Assembly (NCBI GenBank): GCA_965208835.1
Contig: OZ242358.1
Location: 4,032,001-4,096,000, forward strand
DNA length: 64,000 nt
Source of the DNA: Candidatus Latescibacterota bacterium
Lineage (GTDB): Bacteria > Latescibacterota > UBA2968 > GCA-2709665
Direction of reading: 5' to 3'
Part shown: in pieces, positions 42,033-51,073 of the stretch
Layout of the letters: every line of letters starts with the position of its first letter
Numbering within the stretch: position 1 is the first letter of the stretch
Translations under genes and position numbers: made by a program
Notes under the pieces: model-generated
What the model was told of the DNA's origin: nothing
The model's database searches: none
The model's input: only the letters and a program-made list of their open reading frames with translations

Positions 42033-43448
42033 TCAAACCCGGCCCGCCCCAAAAAACCCGATGGCGCCAACTCGGGGGCGCAGGTTTTCCAACGAGCCAA
42101 ACCCATCGACAAATCTGAAAAAGTCAGCGAAATTTACGACGCCGTTGCCGTCCAGGTCGAATTTGGCGTTTGTGCTGCCGTACGCGTCCGCAAAGAGGAA
42201 GAAATCCACGAAGTCGGTCCGTCCGTCGCCGTTGAAATCAGTTGAGGCCGGAGCTTGCACAAGCGGTGTTCCGCTACTTACGGCCGACCACGAACCGGGT
42301 CCCCGGTTGGTGACGGCACGCAACTGCAGGTCGTACCGGGCGCCGCCGGCCAACCCGGCCACCTCGTAAAACAGCGTGCCGGAACCGGTTGTCCGGACGT
42401 ACCGCAATACGGTCCAGTTGGCCTCGGCTTTGTCCGCGGCGTCGCTGCGAATGTAACGAACGTCATAGCCGGTGATAACCAATGTGCCGGTTTCGATCGG
42501 AGGTACGCGCCACGAGATGGTGAGCGAGCCGGTACCGGCTGTCACCGAAAGGATGGCCGGCGCGTCCGTGCGGAGCGTGAGGTCATAGGCATACAGCTTC
42601 TTGTCCACGTCGTCGGCCACCCACATCGTCGTGCCGTTCGACCAGATCCCGACCGGGTGGCTGTTCCCTGCTGCATTCAGCGAATTGACGTCCTGAAAGG
42701 GGTTCCGGCCATAGTACGTCAGATTGTAGGCATAGATCTTCGCGTCGGCGTAGTCCGCCACCCACATCGTCGTTCCGTCGGACCAGATGCCCCGCGGGTG
42801 GTTGTTCCCGGCGGACCCAAGCGCACTGACTTCCCTGCCGAGATCTGCAACCTCGAGCTCCATATCATAGGCATACAACCTGGCATCCGTGTAATCGGCC
42901 ACCCACATTGTCGTGTCGTTCGACCAGATACCCTCAGGGTTGTCGTTTCCAACACGCTCGAGCCCGTTGATGTCCCTGTCTGCGTTACGGGCTCCGGTCG
43001 ACAAATCGTAGGCGTAGACTTTCTCTCCGAACCACGGATCGTCTGCCACCCACATCGTCGCTCCGTCGGACCAGATGCCCTCAGGGTTGCGGTTTCCGGC
43101 GGCCGCCAGCGTATCGAAGTCCTTGTTGGCGGCCCGCGTGCCGGAAACCAGGTCATAAGCATACAGCTTGCCGTCAACTTTGTCGGCCACCCACATTGTC
43201 GTGCCGTCCGACCAGATGCCCTCAGGGTCGTTGTTTCCGGCGGCCGCCAACCCGTCGATATCCTTAGCAGCGTCCCGGGCGCAGCACTCCCCTCCGAAGA
43301 TTTCGTGTATCGAACGCAGCTTCACCTCATCCTGGCCGCCGACCGGCAGGTCGTTGCCCGTTTCCGGATAAATCCGCGACGCTGACAAGACCACAAGAAC
43401 CGAGGCGAAGAGCCCAATACTTGGTTTTCCGCTTCTCACAAATGGCAT
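42033..43448 (-). CDS. Secreted GIWSDGTTMWVAD-repeat propeller + FN3 + dockerin-like (class B)
   Basis: Five N..P.GIWS(D/N)..TMWVAD..KxYAYD repeats; FN3 (ISW..ITGYDVRY..GPGSWS); TDFNGDGRTDFVDFFLFADAYG. Confidence 0.85.
   Translation of the reverse strand: MPFVRSGKPSIGLFASVLVVLSASRIYPETGNDLPVGGQDEVKLRSIHEIFGGECCARDAAKDIDGLAAAGNNDPEGIWSDGTTMWVADKVDGKLYAYDLVSGTRAANKDFDTLAAAGNRNPEGIWSDGATMWVADDPWFGEKVYAYDLSTGARNADRDINGLERVGNDNPEGIWSNDTTMWVADYTDARLYAYDMELEVADLGREVSALGSAGNNHPRGIWSDGTTMWVADYADAKIYAYNLTYYGRNPFQDVNSLNAAGNSHPVGIWSNGTTMWVADDVDKKLYAYDLTLRTDAPAILSVTAGTGSLTISWRVPPIETGTLVITGYDVRYIRSDAADKAEANWTVLRYVRTTGSGTLFYEVAGLAGGARYDLQLRAVTNRGPGSWSAVSSGTPLVQAPASTDFNGDGRTDFVDFFLFADAYGSTNAKFDLDGNGVVNFADFFRFVDGFGSLENLRPRVGAIGFFGAGRV
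42093..42242 (-). repeat. Class B dockerin-like cassette, copy 1
   Basis: About 150 nt; highly similar to five other copies in the cluster. Confidence 0.85.
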
Positions 43449-43589
43449 TCTTCGGGTTTCCGACAATACAGACCGCGACCACCTGAACCGGTTTTGGTTC
43501 GCGCGCGAGTTTACCGGTTGCTCGACTGTCGAAGGGATTCGTCGGGCTTCGAACAAGACAGTGTAACTCGACGACGGCGCCAGAATCGC

Positions 43590-46500
43590 CTACGCACCAA
43601 ACGCATCGACGAATCTGAAGAAGTCAGCGAAATCCACGATGCCGTTGCCATCCAGGTCATAGCGTGGGTCCGTACTGCCGTACGCGTCGGCGAAAAGGAA
43701 GAAATCCACGAAGTCCGTCCGGCCATCGCCGTTGAAATCTGTCGCGGCCTGCCCACCGGATACGCCACTTCCGAATATCTCCAGGGGAAGGTCGGCGGAC
43801 TTGACGAAGGCGTATCCGGAATGTTTCGCGGGCAACGCCGGCAGTGTCCCTATATCCACGGTAGCGGCGAAAGTCGTGCCGGGCGTTCGTGTCACGGATA
43901 GCGTATCGCTTTCGAGGCTGCCAGCGGAAAGTGTGATCGTTGTTGCGCCGCCATTGATGCTGCCGTTCGCAACGCGAAGCGGCAGGACGACGTCAAACGG
44001 CGCGCCGGTTGGCGCCACTGCCTTGAACTGTCCTTCTCCGGTTTTCTCCAGGGATACATTGAGCGGTAGGGGATCGACTGCATTGCCGCCAAGGCGGAGT
44101 TCGGTCAGGGACGTCAGTCCTTCAAAGACGCCATCAGGAAGACTGGTTAGCTGATTGCCTGGCAGGTTGAGGCGCGTAAGACCGGTCAATCCGGAAAAAT
44201 CCCCCGGTTTCAACGCTGAGATGCTCTGGTAGCCGAGGCGAAGCTGGGTAATCGCGGCGAGATGCGCTTCGGTCACAATGCTGGAATCGCTGATGACCGG
44301 CACGGCGGCAACAATTCCATTGCGCACCTGTGCCGTACGTTCGCTTAGCGGCACGGCGGGCAGATTGCTGACCCTGGCTTCGGCGGACATCTCCCCCTCG
44401 CCCACGGTGTTCACCGCGCGAACCTCGAATGTGTATTGTGAAGGGTTGTTCAGGCCGATGACCGTGTAACCGGCCTCGTTATCTCCACCGGCGCCGCTGT
44501 CGGGAACAGGCATCCATGGACCGAATGATCCATTTCGGACCTTTTCCCGGTACTCGTGACCCGTAATTTCAATGCCGCCATCGCAAGGCGTGGTCCAATG
44601 CAGCCCAACCTGGTTCCCGTCGTTGATGGCGGTCACGATGGGGGCATCCGGGGCGGTAGGGTGAAGGGTAATTTTCCAGGAGTATTGAAAACCAACAGGC
44701 CAAACCATGTGAGATGTTTCGCGCCAAAGGTACCAACTTGCTCCGTAAGCCGAGCCCTCCCCTGCATCAGCTAACGCTAAACCACCACTCGAGGAAAGCT
44801 GACTAAAGGACATAAGTTTCCTGTCGCATGAAGAGAATCCGGGACTAATCAGGAGCGAAATCTGATGGGTGAGATTGTTACCGATACGCGATATACTGAT
44901 TCCATGGATTGTATATGTAGCGCCTCTATATGAGAACGTCGGGTTTGAAATTGAACCGGCATTGTGATGTCGACTGTAACCGAAACCCGTCGCATTGCCG
45001 TTATTGAAGTCATTCCCCCATGTACCTCCAGTGGAGGTTCCCGACCAGACCCGGGTTACGACAGCCCCGGCAGTGACCGCCAGCGGCAGGTCGGCGGACT
45101 TGACCAGCGCGTATCCGGAATGATTTGGGGGCAACGCCGGCAGTGTGCCTATATCCACGGTAGCGGCGAACGTCGTGCCGGGCGTACGCGTCACAGAAAG
45201 CGTATCGCTTTCGAGGCTGCCAGCGGGAATAGTGATTGTCGTCGCGCCGCCGCTGATGCTGCCGTTCGCAACGCGAAGCGGCAGGACGACGTCAAACGGC
45301 GCGCCGGTTGGCGCCACTGCCTTGAACTGTCCTTCTCCGGTTTTCTCCAGGGATACATTGAGCGGCAGGGGATCGACCGCGTTGCTGCCCAGGGAAAGCC
45401 TGGTCAGCCCGGTCAGTCCTACGAAGATGCTGTCGGGCAGCGCCGTCAGCCGGTTGCCGATCATGCGCAGATCCGTCAGTACGGTCAGTCCGTCAAGGAG
45501 GCCCGACGGCAGCGTCGTCATTCGATTGAGGCCGAAGCGGAGCGTTTGCAGCGACGAAAGCCCCCAGAAAATGTCCTCTGGCAGGCTGGTGAGTTGGTTG
45601 CCCCACAGTCGGAGTTCCTCCAGACTTGTGAGCCCATCGAAGTCTCCGGATTTCAATGATGAAATGCCTGTATCGTTGAGGTAAAGTGCGGTTATGCCAT
45701 CAAGGTGCGTCGCCGTGATTTGCGCAAAGCTCGAAACATTGGGGTCGTTCAATCGGACAACGCCGAGAATCGCATCTCGCACCTGCGACGTGCGCTGGCC
45801 GACCGGAGCAATGGACGCCGTCCACTCAGACACGTCCCAGAATTTGATCTGCCTGCTATTCGGCCTCGCATCATTGCCGATGAGCATTCTTCCGTCTGGA
45901 GAAAACGTCATGCGCCGCACGCCACCCGGCCCACCTGAAATGGACGCCAGGAGTTCGCTCTTCGAAATGTCCCATAGTTCAATCAGACCGAAAGCCGTCA
46001 CTGCGAGAGTGGCGCCATCCGGCGAAATCACCGGATAGGCACGATTGTAATCTCGCATATCGTTCACCGCGCCGGTCTGTACTCCTGTTGCCAGATCCCA
46101 GAGCTTCACTGCCCATGAAACGGGTGATGCGACGAGTGTCCCGTCCTTTGAAATCGCTACGGCTCCTTTTGCTCCAGTCTCTATGGTCCGAATCAGGGCT
46201 CTTGTGGACACGTTCCAAAGCCTGACAGTGCCGGTAACGGAAACGGAAGCAAGGTTCCCGTCGCGCACAAAGGCGATCTTGCCTACTCTTTCCGTGTGTC
46301 CTTCAAGGGTAGCGCCATTTGTCCAGGTCGCGACGTTCCACAACTTTACCGTACGGTCGAATGATCCGGAAGCGAGCATCGAACCATCCGAGGAAAAATC
46401 CAGAGACGCCACCTGATCAGCGTGTCCTGCCAGCGTCGCGACCTCTGTTTCACTGGTCACGTTCCACACTTTGATCGTGCCTTCCTTCGATCCCGCGGCG

Positions 46501-47894
46501 AGCAGTGTACCGTCGGGTGAGAAGGCTACCGCCGGGATCGTGTTGGCCGAATGGTGAAAGGTGGTTATCGTCTCCCTTTTCGTAGCATCAAGCAACTCCA
46601 CTCGCCCTGATTCGCCTATTGCCAGAAACGCGCCAACAGGGGAAAACGCGAAGTCGCCAATATCGTAGAAATTCGGCCTTTCGAGTGTGGCGATGTGTTG
46701 TGGCGAGTGTCCCGCCTCGAGCGTAAATGACTTAGGACTCACCGTGCTGGTTCGATTCCCGGCTGTATCGACTGCCACGACATAGATCGGATGCAGGATC
46801 GTATTGGAGAGCGTCGTATGCGCCTCCGGTGCGGTGCCCACGTTGTCGGATGGAAGCCTTCCGTCGAAATTGAATTCGACGACGGTATCCGTTTCGCCGG
46901 ACAACTCGTGGCACGCTTTCACTTCGGGTGTGCCGCCCAGGAATGGATTTTGGGGGCGGACGAACAGAATCACCTGTTGGAGTCCGTCATCATCGCGGAC
47001 TCTCAGTTGAACGGGCGTACTTTGCGAACGGAACGGATATTCGGTTGACGAAACAAGCTCAACGGCAGGCGGCGATGCGTTTTCGAGCGGGACGTCGGCG
47101 TTGAAGTACGGATGAACGGACAGGAATCCCGCGGCGCAAGCGGACAGTCTGGCAGACGACCGGTCCGCGCGCCCATACGACATTATGTACTTATCATCGC
47201 GAAAGTCGTGGTGCAGACCGAATGCGTGCCCCAGTTCATGGGCGCCGGCAAACCAGTCCCAATCGCCGTATATCACCGCCCATCCGCTGTCCTTCACACC
47301 TGTTCCGCGTCCGTGGGCTGAACTCGCGCTGACGTCCATGACAATCAGTATGATATTGGACGAGTTGTCGAACGCTCGTCCAATCTCGCCTTCCGTATAT
47401 CCTCGGCTGCTGTAACGGCTGTCGCCGTAGTCCCCATCCACGCGATGAACGACCGGATCGCCCTGATCATCGGATTCGATCTGGAAAGTCGTGTATCTGT
47501 GCCCGTGGGTTTCCATCTGCTCGGCGTAGAATGTCTGAAGATCAAGTATCCCCGCCTTCATGGAATCCACGACTTCGGCGCGATACGGCCGGTCGTTCGG
47601 CAAAAAGTAGAATAGGCGAACGGTCCGCGGTTCTCCCACGTTCAGGTCGGACGCCCACTTACCCGCGGGATGGGGCGCGTCGCGCTGCAACTGTTCCGGG
47701 TCGACAGGCAGGCAGAAATGCACGCTGTCGCCAGGTTCGGATGATGCATGGCCGTCTGACGGCGGTGGGAGAAGGACAGACAGAACTGCCAGTATTGCGG
47801 TATGCAAGTTTGTCTTCACGTCAGGAGCCCCTGTCTGTGACGTTCGCTCCAGGGTGAATCCACGCGCCGAAGGCGCATTTCTCGATGCAGTCAT
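43590..47894 (-). CDS. Secreted metzincin + WD40 + LRR + FN3 + dockerin-like (class B), 1434 aa
   Basis: AHELGHAFGLHH..IMSY; WD40s; 24-aa LRRs (F.GLTSL..L.L..NQLTSLP); FN3; duplicated ~100-aa Ig-like module; ATGA coupling with the upstream gene. Confidence 0.88.
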   Translation of the reverse strand: MTASRNAPSARGFTLERTSQTGAPDVKTNLHTAILAVLSVLLPPPSDGHASSEPGDSVHFCLPVDPEQLQRDAPHPAGKWASDLNVGEPRTVRLFYFLPNDRPYRAEVVDSMKAGILDLQTFYAEQMETHGHRYTTFQIESDDQGDPVVHRVDGDYGDSRYSSRGYTEGEIGRAFDNSSNIILIVMDVSASSAHGRGTGVKDSGWAVIYGDWDWFAGAHELGHAFGLHHDFRDDKYIMSYGRADRSSARLSACAAGFLSVHPYFNADVPLENASPPAVELVSSTEYPFRSQSTPVQLRVRDDDGLQQVILFVRPQNPFLGGTPEVKACHELSGETDTVVEFNFDGRLPSDNVGTAPEAHTTLSNTILHPIYVVAVDTAGNRTSTVSPKSFTLEAGHSPQHIATLERPNFYDIGDFAFSPVGAFLAIGESGRVELLDATKRETITTFHHSANTIPAVAFSPDGTLLAAGSKEGTIKVWNVTSETEVATLAGHADQVASLDFSSDGSMLASGSFDRTVKLWNVATWTNGATLEGHTERVGKIAFVRDGNLASVSVTGTVRLWNVSTRALIRTIETGAKGAVAISKDGTLVASPVSWAVKLWDLATGVQTGAVNDMRDYNRAYPVISPDGATLAVTAFGLIELWDISKSELLASISGGPGGVRRMTFSPDGRMLIGNDARPNSRQIKFWDVSEWTASIAPVGQRTSQVRDAILGVVRLNDPNVSSFAQITATHLDGITALYLNDTGISSLKSGDFDGLTSLEELRLWGNQLTSLPEDIFWGLSSLQTLRFGLNRMTTLPSGLLDGLTVLTDLRMIGNRLTALPDSIFVGLTGLTRLSLGSNAVDPLPLNVSLEKTGEGQFKAVAPTGAPFDVVLPLRVANGSISGGATTITIPAGSLESDTLSVTRTPGTTFAATVDIGTLPALPPNHSGYALVKSADLPLAVTAGAVVTRVWSGTSTGGTWGNDFNNGNATGFGYSRHHNAGSISNPTFSYRGATYTIHGISISRIGNNLTHQISLLISPGFSSCDRKLMSFSQLSSSGGLALADAGEGSAYGASWYLWRETSHMVWPVGFQYSWKITLHPTAPDAPIVTAINDGNQVGLHWTTPCDGGIEITGHEYREKVRNGSFGPWMPVPDSGAGGDNEAGYTVIGLNNPSQYTFEVRAVNTVGEGEMSAEARVSNLPAVPLSERTAQVRNGIVAAVPVISDSSIVTEAHLAAITQLRLGYQSISALKPGDFSGLTGLTRLNLPGNQLTSLPDGVFEGLTSLTELRLGGNAVDPLPLNVSLEKTGEGQFKAVAPTGAPFDVVLPLRVANGSINGGATTITLSAGSLESDTLSVTRTPGTTFAATVDIGTLPALPAKHSGYAFVKSADLPLEIFGSGVSGGQAATDFNGDGRTDFVDFFLFADAYGSTDPRYDLDGNGIVDFADFFRFVDAFGA
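43593..43742 (-). repeat. Class B dockerin-like cassette, copy 2
   Basis: TDFNGDGRTDFVDFFLFADAYGSTDPRYDLDGNGIVDFADFFRFVDAFG. Confidence 0.85.
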
Positions 47895-50800
47895 TCATGT
47901 CTACCCACGACGTCGACGATGCGTCCATTCTCATCAACAACGTAGATCGGTCCCTCCGCAATGCAATCCCCCCAGTGCATCAGATGCTCCGCGACGGGCT
48001 TGGCGCTTGCGGGGGTGGGAAGCCTGTATTCATCGGCCTGGCCGATATCGACCTGGTAGCCGTGGTCGGCCAGCGACTGGATTGAAATCTTGCTTAAGGA
48101 AAGGGACCCCACGAGGTCCGGTCTGACGCTCGCTGTCATCAGTTCGTCGCCAAACACCGACCCCCGCCAATGGCTGCTATCGCTCTCTACAGGTACCTTT
48201 GGGCCGATGTAGTTCCGCCCTCCCGCATCGTCAAAGGCTCGAATCGCCCTTGGGCCGGTGAAGTACACATCACTCTCACCGCGAACAAGGTCCAGTGACT
48301 CCCATAACGTCCCAAATCCGAGCACGTGCCCCATCTCATGAAGGATTACGTCAGAAAGAATGGTCTCAGACATCCATTCCAGGTCGTCCCTGTCGATTGC
48401 TATCACTCCGATTTTCGTAACGAGCGTCCCCTGATCTCGATTTCTTTTGACAATGCGCGTTCCGCCTCTTCCGAGCGTGCCCTCGGCGCCGTCAATTTCA
48501 ACGATGCCAACGAAAATCCGCAGGTCATCTACAGTATCGTCGACGAATATTCGTGCGTCCAGAAGGTCGTCCCACCGGTCGATCGGATTATCCGAAAAGT
48601 CGCTGTCCGGAATGTCTCCGGTAATGATGGACATCCATCGTGCGGCAGCCTTGTGGAATAATGCCTTCTTGGACGCGTTGAATCCGTCCCCTGAAGAGTC
48701 TTCGATGAAGACGAGCTCGATTCGGAAAGGAGACGGCGCGCCGCCTACGCCCACCCCCGAGGGGTCGATCAGCCCGTCCGCGCCCGTGACGAGGTCTTCC
48801 ACGCCGGACCCGTCGAGATTGGCCCGCTGAATCTTGTCCGTACCGGCGTCTGCCCAGTATATCTTTCCCCCGCCCACGTCCAATGCCAGTCCGTTCGGCT
48901 TATCCAGGCCGCTGGTCACCAGGTCTTCAATACCTGACCCGTCCAGGTTCGCCCGCTGAATCTTGTCCGTGCGCCGGTCGGTCCAGTACATCTTCCCGTT
49001 GGCCAGGTCCAGACCCAGCCCGGTCGGACTGCCGAGACCACTCGCAATCAGGTCTTGGACTCCCGACCCGTCCAGGTTAGACCGCTGAATCTTCCGGGAT
49101 CCAGGGCTCGTCCAGTACAGCTTACCGCCATCCAGGTCCAGTTCCAGTTCGCCAGGGAAGACAATCCCGCCGGTGATCAGATCCGCAACGCCGGAACCAT
49201 CCAGGTTGGCGCGCTGAATCCTGCTGGTCTGCCGGTCCGTCCAGTACATCCTGCCGCCAACCGCGTCGAGAGCAAGGCCGTAGGGTATTCCCAGGCCGGT
49301 GACAAGATCTTCCACATTAGAACCATCGAGATTTGCCCGTTGAATCCTCGAAGCGCCAGCGTCCGTCCAGTACATCTTCCCTCCGGCCATGTCCAGGACC
49401 AGGCCGTCCGGGCCGTCCAGTCCGCCGCCTACGACCAGGTCTTCAATCCCCGAGCCGTCGAGGTTGGCGCGTTGGATTCTGTCCGTGCCCCAGTCCGTCC
49501 AGTACAGCTTCGACGCTCCACCGGCAGGTGGTGTCACCACCGCGACCGTTATGCTCACGGCAGCGGAGCAGTTGTTTCCGGTATCTGATTCATCTGTTAC
49601 CGCATCTACGCAGGCCCCGTAGTAGTACGCTCCAGCGCTTGATGGCGCTGACAATCGAATCCACGCATTCTCGGTGCCGGCGGCTGGGAGGCCCGTTACC
49701 GCACCTGTGCCGAGTTCGATATCACTCCTGGAAATCGTCGCGTCCCGCGAGCGGTAGTATCGCAGTGTGGTCGAGCCCGCAGGTCCGTCGCCCCGGTTCC
49801 GCACGGTCACATTGAGTGTGAAGGACTGCCCGGGCGTCAGGGCGTTGTCGCTGACCGTGAGCGCGGCGAGTACAAGATCCGGGGGGCTCCCACCGCCTGA
49901 GGTCGGGACCACCTTACCGAAATTCCGCGCAAAGATCAGAAAATCGGAAAATCCGATCTCGCCGTCACCGTCCAGGTCGAAACGCGCGTCAAAACCCGCG
50001 TCGCCCTGCTGCGCCCCGAATCTTGACGCAAACTGTAGAAAATCGGAAAAGCCTACCGTCCCGTCGCCGTCAAAGTCGGGAGAAGGCGTCGAATTAAATA
50101 TGATCACCCTGTTCGTCGTGAATACGTCGCTGGCCGTGGTGCTCTCGGCAAGTGTGACCATGTCGATGCCGATTGAAAACTCACGACCCGTCACATCAGA
50201 AATTGTCTCGAACTCGGCACGCGCCAGAAAACCGGAGGGCGGCAGCGTCACGGGCGTACTGCTTGCGAAGTTGGTCCCCACTGACCCCTCTGGAAGGGAA
50301 AGGGGAAAAGAGCTGTTCTCGGCCTTTACGTATTCCAGAAGCGAAGCATCGAAGTCGAATTTGAGGACCATCCCGATCAGCGAAGTGTTCAGATCCGCAG
50401 CGAAAACCTCGATGGCGATGGTTTGTCCCCTTCCTGAAACGGCGCCTGACGTGACGCCATCGTCGATCCGGTCGCCGTCCCCGCCGTCGGATATGAGGTC
50501 AAGTGACAGAACATCGCTGCCGTCGGCACCGGAAGGCACGGCATTGAACATGATCACATCTGAGGTTGTAAGCACGTCGCTCGACGTTGTGCTTTCGGCA
50601 AGCGTGATCATGTCAATGCCGATTGAAAACGTCCGGTCTGTCACGTCTGCGGCGGTCTCGAACTCGACGCGCGCGAGAAAGCCGGAAGGCGTCAACGAAA
50701 TTGGTGTTCCAGACGCGAAGTTGGCACCGACGGAACCCTCAGGTAATGTCAGGGGAAACGCGCTGTTTTCGGCCTTTACGAAGGAAAGAAGCGAAGCATC

Positions 50801-51052
50801 GAAGTCGAATTTAAGCACAACGCCGATCAGCGACGTATTCACGCCCGTGGCGAACACCTCGACGGCGATGGTCTGTCCGTCTCCGGAAAACGTACCGGTG
50901 ACGACGCCGTCGTCCGTCCGGTTGCCCGCGCCGCCATCGGCAATCAGATCAAGGGAGAGTACCGCATTCGCATTGGGTCCGGCATTGGCCTGAACGGCAA
51001 CTGCCATTGACACAATCGCCACGAAAGCCAACAGAGCCCGGCTTGAAGACAT
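47891..51052 (-). CDS. Scaffoldin-like protein: 2 cohesin-like modules + dockerin-like (class A) + CARDB + YWTD propeller + leishmanolysin (M8)-like peptidase
   Basis: Signal peptide; two ~140-aa tandem repeats (IAVEVFA..LKFDFDASLL.(F/Y)VKAE..GFLAR.EFE..FSIGI); DFDGDGTVGFSDF; PDLV..ESDTGNNCS; six YW(T/A) LDLR-B-type repeats; LHEMGHVLGFG..SHW..ELMT. Confidence 0.8.
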   Translation of the reverse strand: MSSSRALLAFVAIVSMAVAVQANAGPNANAVLSLDLIADGGAGNRTDDGVVTGTFSGDGQTIAVEVFATGVNTSLIGVVLKFDFDASLLSFVKAENSAFPLTLPEGSVGANFASGTPISLTPSGFLARVEFETAADVTDRTFSIGIDMITLAESTTSSDVLTTSDVIMFNAVPSGADGSDVLSLDLISDGGDGDRIDDGVTSGAVSGRGQTIAIEVFAADLNTSLIGMVLKFDFDASLLEYVKAENSSFPLSLPEGSVGTNFASSTPVTLPPSGFLARAEFETISDVTGREFSIGIDMVTLAESTTASDVFTTNRVIIFNSTPSPDFDGDGTVGFSDFLQFASRFGAQQGDAGFDARFDLDGDGEIGFSDFLIFARNFGKVVPTSGGGSPPDLVLAALTVSDNALTPGQSFTLNVTVRNRGDGPAGSTTLRYYRSRDATISRSDIELGTGAVTGLPAAGTENAWIRLSAPSSAGAYYYGACVDAVTDESDTGNNCSAAVSITVAVVTPPAGGASKLYWTDWGTDRIQRANLDGSGIEDLVVGGGLDGPDGLVLDMAGGKMYWTDAGASRIQRANLDGSNVEDLVTGLGIPYGLALDAVGGRMYWTDRQTSRIQRANLDGSGVADLITGGIVFPGELELDLDGGKLYWTSPGSRKIQRSNLDGSGVQDLIASGLGSPTGLGLDLANGKMYWTDRRTDKIQRANLDGSGIEDLVTSGLDKPNGLALDVGGGKIYWADAGTDKIQRANLDGSGVEDLVTGADGLIDPSGVGVGGAPSPFRIELVFIEDSSGDGFNASKKALFHKAAARWMSIITGDIPDSDFSDNPIDRWDDLLDARIFVDDTVDDLRIFVGIVEIDGAEGTLGRGGTRIVKRNRDQGTLVTKIGVIAIDRDDLEWMSETILSDVILHEMGHVLGFGTLWESLDLVRGESDVYFTGPRAIRAFDDAGGRNYIGPKVPVESDSSHWRGSVFGDELMTASVRPDLVGSLSLSKISIQSLADHGYQVDIGQADEYRLPTPASAKPVAEHLMHWGDCIAEGPIYVVDENGRIVDVVGRHE

Positions 51053-51073
51053 GAACGATACTCCTGTCCGGCT

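Noticed and set aside
42033-42092. Extra C-terminal tail after the tag in the 42033 gene
   Set aside because: Most simply explained by loss of the usual stop codon; no recognisable motif.
49767-50993. 408-aa plus-strand ORF with internal repeat
   Set aside because: Mirror of the duplicated cohesin-like modules on the opposite strand; no independent signal.
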